A DNA stretch of 64,000 nucleotides from the human T2T-CHM13v2.0 reference genome, Homo sapiens: the NCBI RefSeq assembly GCF_009914755.1, contig NC_060933.1. One strand, 5' to 3'. The translations under genes and the position numbers were made by a program. Every line of letters begins with the position of its first letter. Position 1 is the stretch's first letter. This document shows, one piece after another, positions 29,911-44,612 of this stretch. The notes under the pieces were generated by a model that had not been told where the DNA came from, made no database searches, and saw only the letters and a list, made by a program, of their open reading frames with translations.

Positions 29911-32900
29911 CTTTTAAACATTAAAATATATGAACATATATAACCTACTACAGTGCCAAGAAACAGTATATTTTTCATAAATACTACTTTCCTTCCCTTT
30001 ATAGCAATATAACTTAATTTTGTGCTTAATTTGCAGGATTTATGCCAAGCTGCTTTTTATAATTCTGTAGCAAAAATATGTGAAATGCACTGTGGTGTGT
30101 ATTCTGTCAATAATATGGGTTTCCTTTAAGGTATAGTTGAAAGAATATGACAGAACTCCTGGGTCAGTTGCCAAACAGCAAAAGTTTAAACAATATTGAG
30201 CTTCCATTAAAGGTGAGCAATGCAATATCTGGGGTAAAACACTAGATTTTCCACCACACGTTTTAAAATATATATGGTTAAAAAAATAGCTAAAATATAT
30301 AAAAATAAATACTTCCAAACAATTCAGGAATGGTGGAAGTCTAATTCAGTTAGACAATGTTATCATTTTGAGTGAATTTTCTAGTAAAAGACTAATGTTC
30401 TCAAGCCAACACTGAGTCTTATCTGTTTCTATTATGATTACTTCTAGGCTATGTAGCATTAAAAAAAAGTCTTCTTCACATGGATCTGGGGCAAGGGAAG
30501 GTTGCCTCCAAAAGAGATAGGCAACTGGCATTGAAAGCAGGGGAAACAGAGGAGTACAAGAGGTCTCATATTTTCCAATCAGAAGTAACCGGCATAATTC
30601 CAATATGAGCCTTAAACTGTAATTCATAGAGACAGACAAAATTACCAGCATCAATTTCTCATTAAACTGCTGCTCACATGAGCAACTATATAAAGTGTAT
30701 TTCTACAGTGAGTAGCAGCAGGAATATATTCATTTTATGATGGGAAATTATTTTTCTCATGAGTGACTGGAGAGGTCAGCTAATCAAACATAAATTAATA
30801 CAGTTGATGAAAGAGTTGAGGGTCTTACAATTGTTCTGTGAGACAATGGATTATCCCCAATGGCTTAACCATCTACTAACATAATACTATATTATTAGGT
30901 TACTTTTTGATACTATACAGTATATTTTATAAGAGTAATCTAGTCTTTTAAAAAAACTAAAAAGGAAACCTTGAAAGATATCGCACAGAAGGATCTTAAA
31001 ACAACCACAAAACTTACTTAAATTATCCACATAATTCCACTAACTCTCACGTTTACATTGACTAGGATATGTGTGTACATGTATCTTCAAGTCAAAGACA
31101 ATTTATGTCATGTAAGAATGCAAAGGTGAATCCTGTGTTTAGACACATTTCCACATGGTTCCCCCTACTGCAATAAGTTACAAGTAAATATTTTGTTTTA
31201 CAAAAAAACAAGGATAAACGTAACAAAAAAAAATTGTGTAGAAAAGTTATTGCTAGCCCCCTAAAAAATAAAATGGTAAAATATTTTCAAAGATAGCACT
31301 AAGTTAAAAAGAAAATTTTTTACATTGACAAACATATGCGTTTCTTCACTTGCAACGATTGGAACACCCTATCTACAGTAGAATCTATGGAGCCTGCAAA
31401 TACCTTAAGAGAATTTTCAAAGGGTATACCCTCTCTAGCCAACCACAATTCGAAAGGGGAAAAAGTGGGAACCTTCTCAACAGATGGGGTGGCATAATGT
31501 GGCGGGGACTGGGGATTTGCATGAATATGAATTACAAATAGCACAGATAACATGGCATTCAAAAGCTGTTAGAAATCTTGAATGTCAAAGTCATTTAGCT
31601 GACATTTGGAGGGACATAATTACCTTAAGAACATGGAAATGGGTTGGTCTAAATTGCATGGACAGAGAATCTGAGGACACACAATAGCATTGCTTTGGCA
31701 ATAATTGTGACAAGTGGGCATGGCCAAGTAAGCCAAGAATGGCACACATTAATGCAGTGACATTTTTTTCAATGTGTGCTGCCCTTTCAGAAATATGCAT
31801 ATAAGGCCTAAAGAACCTCTGACCCATTATAAAATAACAGGAGACAAAATAATAAATAAATAAATAAAACAAGCTACCATAAGCCCTATCACTGGAAGTC
31901 TAAAGGAAAGTGTTCATTCACATTTCATACACAGACTTTTACATATTTCAAACATTTAAACTGTGTTTAACAATGCTAGACCTCAAAGTTTCATCATTTG
32001 TCACAAGTTTACTTGCAATTTACTGAATGATACCTAGATTATTTGCATTGAAAAGACCAACAGTTTCTGATTTTAGAATGTGATGCTGTTAATTAAATTT
32101 TCTATGTATATTAACATAAATTGTCAACCCAAAATTTCATACGTAGTTAAAAACTATAAATTTTTCCATCAATTTCTTATTTATTAAGATGTATTTTAAA
32201 AGGCGTTTAAAATGTAAGGTACTGTGAAATTGTTGGGAAATATACCAAACATAGTACACACAATAACAGGTCAGATCACATTTACCTGGAGTAATTCGCC
32301 ACATGTGGTAGAGACATTTTAAAAAGCATATTTTACTCCCTAATTTTTGTCCTTGCTGTGAGGCCTTCCATATCAAGCCTGCTATTAAAGGACACTGCAA
32401 GAAATACTCCATTAATGTTTCTTTAGATAATCACATATCGTTTCTAAAATACTGATTAAAATTCAGCACTAGTGATGGCAATGAACACTTTAATATCTAC
32501 CCACTGAAAGGAAATTCGTGAACCCTAATTAATATTTCATTTTCAAAAGTGAACGAAGCACTTGATTTCTTTAATAGATCAATATCTCAGGCTATAATAA
32601 CATTTGGAGCCCCAGCAAGCAGACTTCAATTTATACTTCAAATTTACCTCAACTCTCATGCTAGCCTTGATGAACCCAAGACTGGCTGATCATTATTTCT
32701 TCCTATCTGTAAATAGCATCTGTGGTCTATTCCACAGCATTTAACACTTATTCTCTCCAGCACTGTTTCCTACTTTCTTATATGCATCAATCTCTTCTCT
32801 TTAGTGGAAATATATAAACTATTTATGAAAAGATTAGTATGATATTAGGAATGGAATAATTAATGATAGAATTTATTGATAGATTAGAAAAACATGGATT

Positions 32901-35900
32901 ACGTGTTATAATGAAAACAAGAAGCATCAATTGCTTATTTTATGTTAGAAACTGTCCTGAAATCTGGAATAAAAAGAAAAATCACATGTAGTCCTTTCTA
33001 TAAAGGAGATCACAGGATGTGGAGTAGTCAGGATTCTAGATACACGAATATGTAGACAGAAATCATAGTGATTGACAGATACATATGATGATAATTACTA
33101 TAATAGAAAAACAGTATTTTAGGAAGTAATGTGGAAGACCCAAGGAGCTAATGAAAGGAATAAAACCACTCATCATAGAGAAGCCTATTTATTAATTGTA
33201 AACTGTTGTAAGGTCAAGTTTTAAGAATCATTCAAAATCACACAAAATTAAATTTGAAAGAATAAACACACGACATTTGAAAAAAGGATGAGAATAAAAA
33301 CCAGTGTTAGGTTATTTCTAACTTGATCTAAGTTGAACATAATATTGAATTCATTATAAGATATTTGTAAGGTATTCTGGCCTAAAAAAATTTATTATGA
33401 AATACAGTAATCAAAATCAAAACTGGTTCATCCACTTAATGAATGAATACTGACCATGTGCTCCGAGCCAGACAATGTGCTAAGTTGTTGAGAGAGAAAA
33501 GTGAACAAGAGAGACATGGTCCTGTCCTCATAGCACTTACAGTATTTCCTTTTGAACAGTGTTGTATTTATTATATTTAGCTCAATATAAATCTAAAATT
33601 TTGAACGATTATATTTATACTTTCCTGACACTAAACATGCATGTGTATTGCAGGAAAATGTATAAAATAGAAACATGGTTTAGGAAACTGTAAAACTATC
33701 ACTTCAATACTTAATACTTTTATTTTTCTGTACACCTTATTACTTAAACGTAAATAACAGATTTTTAAAACCTGAGATCTCATTCCATATAAAATCTGTA
33801 TCATGTTTTCATGTAGCTTGATGTTTTAACTATTCTTACATCAATCTTCACAAGCATAATTATTAATATTTTCATATTCTCCCAATTCATTTAACAAATA
33901 GTTATTCAAGGCATACTCTGTCCATTCTAGATTCAGCTGATAGAGCTGAGATTAGGGCAGACGAAGTCACTTGCTCTCAGGGAACTTGCAGTGGCTCTTA
34001 TGGTTTTACCATAATTAATTCACTATTTTTGAAACTATGTTTATTATTTATCACTAGCATGAAAAAATGCAATGGAAGTCTTATATAATTATGTGACATA
34101 TACTTGATTATGTTATATGTACTTGACAACTGAATATAGTGTCCTTGAAATAAGTCATTTTATGTGCAGTTTAATGTTTTTGATATATACTGCAAAATTA
34201 CTTTTAAGAAGAATTTTATAAATATTCACATGCCTGTCTGCTCTGTATGAAGGTGGACAGCATTACACACTGAAGGCTTTATTTTTTTAAAGGCTTTACC
34301 AATGTTGCAGTCAAAAAGTAACATCTAAAATTATCTTTATTGATTATGAGATTGCATAGATTTTCTTAAATTCATTGGTAAACTCTATTTATTCAACCTG
34401 TCTTTGCAAAAATTTTTCCTATTAGTCAATTGATAGTATCTCTCATGGATTTGTAAGTGCAATTTGTGTGCTTTTGTCTGTAATTTTTATAAATAATTTC
34501 CCTTTAATAAAAAGGCTTTGTATTGGAAAAGTGTTTGCCTATTTATGTCAAATATTCACCTCTTTTTTAATATTTACATTTTACATGAACTATTTTAATC
34601 TACTTTTCTTATCAATATAATAAACAAAATAAATATCTAACTTGATTTTCTTCTATATTGTTACCATCAACGCAGGAGCAGCATCAAAAACTTATCTCTA
34701 ATGTTACTGTAGATATATATATATTTTTTCTATTTCCTGTCTCATTGCATTAGGTAGAACTTCTAAAACAATGTTCATAGTAGCGGTTATCCATGCTGGC
34801 CTCATCTTAATTTTAATAAAAATTACTGAAATGTTTCACTTTTAACTACAGTGGTAGCTGTTGACTTAAATATGCAGTTTTTACTGAAGTTAAAGAAAAA
34901 TTCTGTTCTAAGCTCGAGTATATTTTTACCAAAAACAGGTATTAGATTTTCCTAAATGTCTTTTTAAGCATTTACTAAGAACTCCACAGTACCTCTTACT
35001 TTTACTTATTGATAGAATATATTAATCATTTTCCTAAAATTAAATTCCCATTTGCATATACTAAATGAATTATTTATTAAAATTTATGTAGTTCAATATG
35101 CTGCTGGAATTTATTTGCTGCTATTTTATTTTGGATGTTTTTGTACCTATATTCCTACATGAGATGGTTCTGTAGTTTTGTTTTTAAGTGCTATCTGTAT
35201 GTGCTTTTGGGATTAGGGTTTTCAGAGTTTTATGGAATACATTTGGAAGAATTTAGCATTTTCCTGTGATCTACTGCAATTTAAAATGCTAATGGTCTTC
35301 ATTGATCCTAATTACTGTGTGAACTTAAGTGCATCTTGCCATTTATAGATGGAAAATGTCTGAAACTATTTGTTATAATAGTGAAATTCTATGTGGCCTA
35401 GTTCCATGGTAGATAGAAAAGAATTGGGAGTAGGATTAACCTAATTTTTCTTACACATTCCTAAGAATCTTAAAGGTTATCAGAGTACTGAGATTTGTCA
35501 TCAAATTGAGACGCAAAACATTATTTTGTATGGCACAGAGCTCAGTCTCAGAAAACTACGCTTACTGCAGTCATATATTTACGTAAAATTTTTTATTTAC
35601 ATTGAATAGAAGGTTTATCTGTAATGTATACCCAAACAGACATCAAATAAGACATAATTAACACAGTGTAGATTTTACACCTGCCTTTCCCTGCCAACAT
35701 AATATTTGTTTTTATTATTTTATGTTTTTTTGTCACTGTCCTCAACATTGTAACACTTCCAGTCTAGAGTTATATACAGTGAATTTATTTTTCAGTTTTA
35801 AAAATAATGGTTTTACCATATTCGTTTTAAACAACTAATATGGGTTGTATATCTTATAGTTGTTCCTCAGCATTAATTAATCTGCAGAAGTTAAGGCTGT

Positions 35901-36044
35901 GAATATATAATTAATGAACAATGTGAAGGTGAGATGTCATTTAAGCAGTTGGCAGATTGTCTTTAAAATTAATAATCTGTTTCTCCAACTGTTTGCACTT
36001 ATTTCAAGGTGCTACTTTCTTCTTGATGCCTTTTTTTTCACTTT

Positions 36045-36400
36045 TTTCCTGTTTTATTGATATGTAATCTTTTGCACATTTATGAGGTGTACATGAGTGT
36101 TTGGTACATGCATAGAATATACAATGATCAAGCCAGGGTATCTAGGGTATCGATCACCTTGAGTGTTTATCATTTTTAAATGTTGGCATCATTTCAAGTC
36201 ATCTGTTGCAGTTACTTTAAAATACACATAATATTGCTGCTAAGTATAGTACCCTAGTCTGCTGTCAAACATTAAAACGTATTTCTTTTAATTAACTGTA
36301 TGTTTGTATCCATAACTAATGATCATCCCTAGTCTCTCCCACCCACCCTTCCCAGTCTCTGGTATTTATCATTCTATTCTCTATGTCCATGAGATCAAGT
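36045..36400 (-). mobile_element. L1MA 3'-end fragment
   Basis: ttttattgatatgtaat...tacatgcatagaatatacaatgatcaagccagggtatctaggg...ctatgtccatgagatcaa. Confidence 0.8.
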
Positions 36401-37049
36401 CACATGTGGAGGATAAAAAACTTAGTGACTTTAAGTCTTAAGTAACTATTCATGGGATAGGCTCTGATTGCGTGCCTGGCTATGGCATAAAAAACTTAAT
36501 TAGAAAAGAGGAGACATGGTGCTCTTAAATTTATGAGAATACATTTTCAAAGTTTAAACTGGTGACTTTCAAACTTCTGAGGAAAGGAAAATACTGCCTT
36601 CTTTGTATCGAAAGTCACGGGTTGCTCGTACATATGCATACGTACATGACTGATGTCACTTGGCTCAATGAACAATGCTAAGTTATCAAGCATCCATGAG
36701 AACTGCATTTGTGGAATTCATTCAGTTATTTTCGTTCGTATATATTTCTTTGGCATTTTCTCCAATTCTTAAAAGGTAGAATAGTTTTAATTTTCTTACA
36801 TTGGAACTTCTCTAACTTGGTCAACATGATTAATTCCTTTTATGTCTTTTGAACCTCAGTTTCTTTATACGTAAATAGGTTCAGCTGGATTAGATGTTCT
36901 CTGAGATCTGACCCCTGTGCAACATACTACAATTTGTAGTTAGAAGATATTGGCACTGCAGATCTCATTAAGGACCTGAATAAGACTTCAAGTTTATGTA
37001 TTTGCCTGCATTTATATAGATATATATTTTACATAACTAATTCATTTAA

Positions 37050-37185
37050 AATCTCTATGAGTTTATTCATATGGAAAATAACAATAGTAAAAAAGACTAC
37101 CTTCATAGAGTTGTGAGGAAATTAAATAACATTTATAAGCACTTTCACAGTACCCAGCCCATGATGAGTGCTCAATAAATGTTGT
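37050..37185 (+). mobile_element. MIR
   Basis: ctaccttcatagagttgtgaggaaattaaa...gtgctcaataaatgtt. Confidence 0.7.
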
Positions 37186-38132
37186 TATATTAATTTTTAT
37201 TCTTCCTTGGCATCAGTGGCAATGTTTCTAATCAAGTACTAATATCATTAAGGGCAGTGTATTCTATCTTTTTTTAAAAAAGAAACTACAGTCATAATCT
37301 GAATCATTATTTTTTAGTTAAATTGTATTCATCTGTCATACAATTTCTCATGTGCACAATTTTCAGAAACATTTTAATGTTTCTGAACAATTCCTTATTT
37401 TAATCTCTACATCTTTATAGTAAAAATGTTAAGCATTGTGTGACCAATTTTGAATAAGTCATTTTGATACTCATGATTTTGTCTCGTAATAGCTAAAATA
37501 ATGAGTGCTGAATTAGTTAAGTGGTTTTTCAGTGGGTTGATAGATTATTTAATGAGTTGGCATTAAGCAAACAATGTCCATATAGATAAGAAATTCTGTA
37601 AAATGCTCTAACTTTAGCTATTAAAATTATGTCAAATTTTCGAATAAAGAGATAGTGGCATGCAAATCAAATTCACAGGTATCACAGAGCTGGATATAAA
37701 TAGCAGGAAATTAATAGATTAGAATAATAAGGCACCTCATCATGCTATAAAAATTGACAACATTTAGCAACTAAAATATAAAAGGGAATAATCAAACACC
37801 AAAATCAGAAATATAAGGTAAAACAAGTTGATACAAGAGATCTCTCTAATCAACTGCATGAGTAAAGAATTAAGGATTAAATTTACCATAATCTCAATGG
37901 ATGAGGAAGCTGTCAAAAAATACAACACAAGCTTAGGCTTTAGGTTAGTTGAAAAATATGCTATAGAAGAATGATGCTGGAATTCCCATATTATTCTTTG
38001 CTGGGAAGAACACATTTGAAGAATGGGATACACTTCTGGGTACTTCAATTTCAATACAACATTAACCAGTGGGAGAATGTTGGATGAATATCAACAGAAT
38101 AGGAATATATCTGGAAATGGAATGATTTAAAA

Positions 38133-38135
<3 letters not shown>

Positions 38136-38167
<32 letters not shown>
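38136..38167. repeat. (GT)n microsatellite
   Basis: Read directly from the sequence. Confidence 0.95.
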
Positions 38168-38169
<2 letters not shown>

Positions 38170-38950
38170 ACATATACATATGTTTGTATATGTATTAATT
38201 ACAAAATTACCATGGAGAAGAAAAATTAGAGTAACTGGATTGGGAAAGGTGACAGCCACAGTGTTGTCACAGTTGGGGCTGTTCTTATCATTTGTGATGC
38301 TATACATGACGTGATGGAGCAGAAGTCACTGAAAGGCTAAATGTGCTTGTATGGCAGAACATTAAAAGCTGCCCATAAAATGAGAAAAAAAAATCCCTGC
38401 TTCATTGCCTGGACCTGATGGGCTCAAATATTAGCTGGAGAACTATATAAGTAACTAATTTTTTAAAGAGTGCCTTGGAGATATTGTTGAGGACATTGTG
38501 AAATACAGTGTTTTTGTCCCAATATGAAACCCCTTCAGAGAAATTTCTTTATTATTGTAGACAAGAAAGTTTTGATCTCCCATCAGGGGAACTTTTTGTT
38601 TTAATGGACAATAAAAAGTCTATAACATTATATTTCCCTTTTTACTTCTATTGTTTGAAAACAGAATTCACTCAGTCAGCGATTCAGTGAATATTTATCA
38701 TATTTATTTATTATATTTTCCTATTATATTTCACAGACTATTCTAGGTACTGGCAATGCAATAGTGAAAATGATAGGTAAGGAACTTTCTCTGTGGAACA
38801 TCCATTCTTGTGGGCATGAAGGGTGGAAAGAAAGATATAAAATAAGTAATGAAACACATGGGCAAAATATTTTCAGTAGAGAGAGATTTACAAAGATAAT
38901 TAAATAAGTCAACATGATTGAAAGAATATACCATTTAAAGTAGGCATTAG

Positions 38951-39371
<421 letters not shown>

Positions 39372-40404
39372 TCAGACAACTGCCAAAGCTCAATATCAGA
39401 GCTTTAAAGCAAAGGGAACAGCAAGTACAAATGTCCTCAGGAAGGCAAGAACCTTGGCTGTTGGAAAATAGGAGAAGGAGGCTACAAAAGTGATTGGAGC
39501 TTGGTGAATAAACAGGGAGATCAGAGAGATGGGCAGGAATCAAGTGTGGGCCCCACTCATTAGGATTTTACTCCATGTGTAAAGGGAAGCCATTAGAGTA
39601 TCTTTAACAGGGGACAGCATGATCTGTTTCTTAACTTTAAAATGATCAATCATTCTATAATACTGTGAACTCTTTAGAAGCCTATGATTTTCATATATGA
39701 GCATATGCATTCTTAGTTTCCCACATCTTAATCTTCTGATTTCTTTACTGTCTAGTCTTGTCAATTTATTATTTAAATATCAACATTTAGTGTTTATCTA
39801 TATTCTTGAAAGCTGATTCAAATCTTATAAAAGAATGATGGACCATAAATCTTAAATTAAATGAATTATGATTTGTTGACATTTTTGATAAGGATTGACT
39901 TAAAAGGCAGAAACTTGGATTTTAAAAACCCTTTGAGCCTGATACTCTAAAGGTCTATTGTATCTAGCTTCATAAGGATACACTGACTTTTCTTTCTTGC
40001 CAGTAAATCAAACAGAATCTCTTCAGTTGGCTTCGGCTTTCAGAAACACAGTCTTTTTTAGGTTATTCCTACTGTTAGGGTGAAGATTCCCAAAGCCTGG
40101 TTGACTCAAATTAGAGAGAAGAAAGAAACAAAGAAAGAACAAACAAAACTATTATTTCAATAATATGTCAGACATTTAACAAATAATTGCTGTCTAAAAG
40201 CATCATCTTCTAAAAATTATCTGAACATTCTGGTAGCAAGTTACTGAGAAATAGCAAACATTGCTTCTCCAGTTTTCTTAATATCAAATTCCTTTTTATA
40301 AGAAATGTTATTGAGTTAAGAAGAAAATGTAAAATATGTATATAAAGATTTATATTATGACAAATTAATGGAGAAAGCCAAAAGAATACAGACTGCTTTT
40401 ACAA

Positions 40405-40961
40405 GTGAGGAGCAGAAGGAATAAAACTGTCAATAGCTAAGACAATGAATGTAAAATCCTGATGCCCACAAGCTTCAGAGGAAATTAACTGCAATTTTGT
40501 GATTTCCACCCTCAGTGTCTGATTATATGACATACCAATATCTGTGGCTCTTTGAATGTTTCTCATTTTGGAATCTTCAAGGGACCTTCTGTAAATGGGC
40601 CAACCATGGTTTCCCACTAAAGATTAGAGAGAATTTAATTCTCCACAAACGCAGCTGCAGAAACTGCCTACTGTAACCTTAAGACCAGTTTTACGCAGTA
40701 GACACGGATATAACTTGCTGCAACTCTAGGACTAGTTTTACATAATGCCTGCTTCCAAAACCTTATTGGTGCCCATGAACTTTCTTTTAAAACAATATAT
40801 AACATATTCCTTTCTGATAAAACTTCCAAACTCCTCTTTTTCCTTTGGACGTACTGAAGACCATTTCGTGTGTGTGTATGCTACAAATTGTGATTCTGTG
40901 ATTTCCAACATAAAATGTTAAGTTTAGATATTTATCTCTACATATTATTTTGACCTTGACA
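40405..40961 (+). mobile_element. MER34-like ERV1 solo LTR
   Basis: Ends tttagatatttatctctacatattattttgaccttgaCA; internal aagaccagtttta / ggactagtttta motifs; 5' boundary uncertain. Confidence 0.6.
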
Positions 40962-41318
40962 TTGTGAACCAAGGAAGTTGGGTCAAGGAAAACCAAGTAT
41001 TGCTTCTTTCTATAGTGGGAATGAAAAAAAAATAAAAAGAAATTAATTATCTGTGTTACAAATGATAGATGAAGGATATAATTTTAAATTCAATGTAAAG
41101 GCACACTCTATCATAAACAGATTTTGTAGTAAATTCCACCTCTACGCAAAAACCTTCCTGACCTAGTTAAAAAATAAAGTTTCAATCCCTCTCCTTAGCC
41201 TGTGTGTTTCCTTCCATCCCTGTGTTTCCTTCAAATCGCATATCACAACTTGTAATGTTTTTAATGTATATTTCTGTTTATTTAAATGTCAGGGTTTGGG
41301 ATTTATATTTTTACTTGT

Positions 41319-41319
41319 T

Positions 41320-41350
<31 letters not shown>

Positions 41351-41404
41351 ATGTGTGTGTGTGCATGTATGTGTGTGTCTGCGCGTGTGCACGCGCATGT
41401 GTGT
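41319..41404. repeat. Compound (CT)n(GT)n microsatellite
   Basis: Read directly from the sequence. Confidence 0.9.
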
Positions 41405-42586
41405 TTATCCTGATTCTTCAACTAGAATGCAAGCTTCTTGCAACCAGGGCCACTTTTGCATTGTACATATTTGTATTCCCTTTTTATTGTATTCACGGTG
41501 CCTGGCACATAGATGATCAATAATTTGTTACAGAAAATAATGATCCTATATCACTAATCAAAATCAATCATTCCATGCTCTATATTCTCATTGCTTTGGT
41601 TGTTTACCTCTCTTTTAGCAATTAATATTATGTGCCACTTTTTAATGATTTGAGCTCCTTGAGAGTAGGGACACATCTCATTCACCTTTGTGTGCTATTA
41701 CATTAGCCAGTGCCATCCCCACAGATAGAGTTATTAAATGATAGCTGAAATGACAATAGAAGCTGCAGAAAGCTGCTTCCATTGCTTCTCTGCAACAAAG
41801 ACAGAATTATTTGGCCAGACGTTGAGATGCTTAACTACTGAAAGGCTGGATCTCAATCTCAAAACTTTGGGTTTATTCCAGGATCATATGAGTTACAAAG
41901 AAGAAAAAAAAAAGAGAGAAAGGAATGCAAACTATTTCTGCCTGAAGGCATAATCTTACCCTAAAAGTCGTATGAAAATTCCAGCAGCAAGTCACTGACA
42001 AATCACAAGCATTGTTGTCTGTTTTCCTAATTATATATTTCAAACACTATGTATTAGGAGACAAAGAAATGGGAAAATAACCTAATTCTGGTGTATGTTT
42101 CTAACTTCTGTAAAGTTGGGAAAACAATTAAACTGAGGAGCGTAAAAATAGTTTAAATCCTTTTCCACTTCAAAGAAACAAAAAGGAACCTTGGCTTTCT
42201 CCTATAAGGTTTTCGATCTGGGACAGATAAAAATATAATGTTAATTTTTTAACAACTCAACACAATGCAGCATCCTTAAGAATGAATGCGATGAATTGGT
42301 GCAAGTCCTACATGGCAGATAAAGGGGCCCTGTGGTTTGCCTACTGCTATCACATACTGACTTAAACCAATGGTGGCAGCAGCTGGTTCTTTGCACTTCA
42401 GTTAAGGAGCAATGAGTATATCAGTTCTTTTCATATCAAATTATCCACATTCTTTGTTTGAGAATAACCTGCAAATGTAATAAGCAATGTCCTTTTTAAC
42501 TTTCAATGTAAAAAAATTACATTGCTCTTCAACATATAGAATAAACTATGAATATGTCGTCATAGACACAGTGTGTGCCTTAAAAC

Positions 42587-42755
42587 AGGGTTAGCTTTTT
42601 TCGAAAATAAAAATGCAGGATTACTGAATAAATTTGACTATCTATAAACAACAAAAAAAGTATGTTTTTCATGCAACATACTTACACTAAAAATTACTTG
42701 TTGTTTATCTGAAATTCACATTTACTTAGGAGTCCTGATTATATCTGGCAACCCT
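42587..42755. mobile_element. MER53 palindromic hAT MITE
   Basis: AGGGTT...AATAAAAATGCAGGA and TTGTTTATCTGAAATTC...ATCTGGCAACCCT termini. Confidence 0.75.
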
Positions 42756-44549
42756 ATCCTAAGTTTAAATTTCACCTTCACTACCAGCTACGCTTTGTTA
42801 GTTATTTAATCTCTCTGAGCCTGGAAAATTAGAGTGAACATATCTATATCTTTCATGGGCTTTTTTTTTCTCTATGCTTTTACTGTGGTAAAACACATGT
42901 AATATAAATTGTACTATCTTAAGCATTTTTAGATGTACGGTTCAGTGACATTAAGTAAATTCATACTGTTGTGCAACCATCAATACCATCCATCTCCAGA
43001 ACTCTTTTCCTTCTTGCAAAACTGAAACTCTATACCCATTAAACAATAAATACCCATTTTCCCTTTATACTCAATCCCTGGCAACTTCCATTCTACTTTA
43101 TATCATTATTATTTTGACTACTGTCAGTACCTCACATAAGTGGTATCATACAGTATTTGTCTTTTGTGACTCACTTACTTCACTTAGCATAATGTCTTCA
43201 AGCTGCATCCACCATTCATCTGTTAATGGACACTTGGGTTGCTTCTACATTTTAACTATGAGTAATGCTATGAACATGGTTATACAAATACCTCTTCAAG
43301 AGCCTTCTTGCAATTCTTTTGGGTATATACTCAGAGGTGGAACTTCTAGATCATGTGGTAATTCTATTTTAAATTTTTTGAGAAACCACCATATATGTTT
43401 CCACAGCAGTTGTACCATTTTACCTCCCCGTCAACAATGTACAAGGATTCCAGATTTTCCAGGTCCTTGCCAACCTTTATTATTTTCTGTTATTTTGATA
43501 GCGGTCATACTAATGGGTGTGACATAGTATCTCATTGTATTTTTGGTTTACGTTTCCCTAATGATTAGTAATGTTGAGCATTTTTTCATGTACTTATTGA
43601 TATTGGTAAGTCTTATTTTGGAGAACTAGATATTCAAATCCTTTGCCTATTTTTTAATTGGGTTAATTTTGTTTTTGAGTTTTAGAATTTCTATACATAT
43701 CTTGACATTAATTCCTTATCAGATATATGATTTGCAAATATTTTCTCCCATTTTGTGTATCAAGGGTAATGCTGGCCTCACAAAATGAGTTCAGCAGTGT
43801 TCTCTCCTCTTTAAATTTTTTGGAGAAGCTTGAGAAAGATTTATGTTAGTTCCTCTTTAAATGTTTATTAGAATTCATCTGTGAAGCCATCAAGTCCAGG
43901 GCTTTTCTTTGTCAGAAGATTTTTTATTACTGATTCAATCTCTTTACTAATTACAGGCTTATTCAGATTTTCTATTGGTTCATAGTTTCGCCTTGGTAGG
44001 CTTTGTGTTTCTAGGAATTTGTCCTGTTTATGTTATCCAATTTGTTGGCATACAATTGGTTGTCATATTCTCTTACAATTCTTTTTATTTTTGTAGAATG
44101 GTAATAATGTCTCACTTTAATTTCTGATTTTAGTAATTGAGTCTTTTTTTTCCTTAGGTCATCTAGCTAATGTTTAGTCAATTTTGTTGATTTTTTTGAG
44201 GAACAACTTTTTGTTTCATTGATTTTCTCTGTTATTTTTCTATTCTGTATTTTTTAAATCTGTGCTCTAATCTTTATTTTTTCTTCCTTCAGTCAGCTTT
44301 GGGTTTAATTTTGGTTTGGGGGTAATTTTTCCTTTCTTTAATTCTATCAATTTTTGCTTTATATATTTTGGCAATCTGCTTTTAGACATGTAAATATTTA
44401 CAGTTGTTATATCCCTTTGTGGTATTGAAACTTTTGTTTATATATATTTAATTCTATCCATTTTTGCTTTATAGATTTTGACAGTCTGCTTTTAGGCATG
44501 TATTTACACTTGTTATATCCCTTTGTGGTATTGAAACTTTTGTTTTTAT

Positions 44550-44566
44550 TATATATATATGTACAA

Positions 44567-44611
<45 letters not shown>
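44550..44611. repeat. (TA)n microsatellite
   Basis: Read directly from the sequence. Confidence 0.95.

Positions 44612-44612
<1 letters not shown>

Noticed and set aside
31320-31562. Region open in several frames (53, 63 and 80 aa) with palindrome AGGGTATACCCT
   Set aside because: No recognisable homology, poly(A) or TSD; compatible with chance in a locally GC-richer patch.
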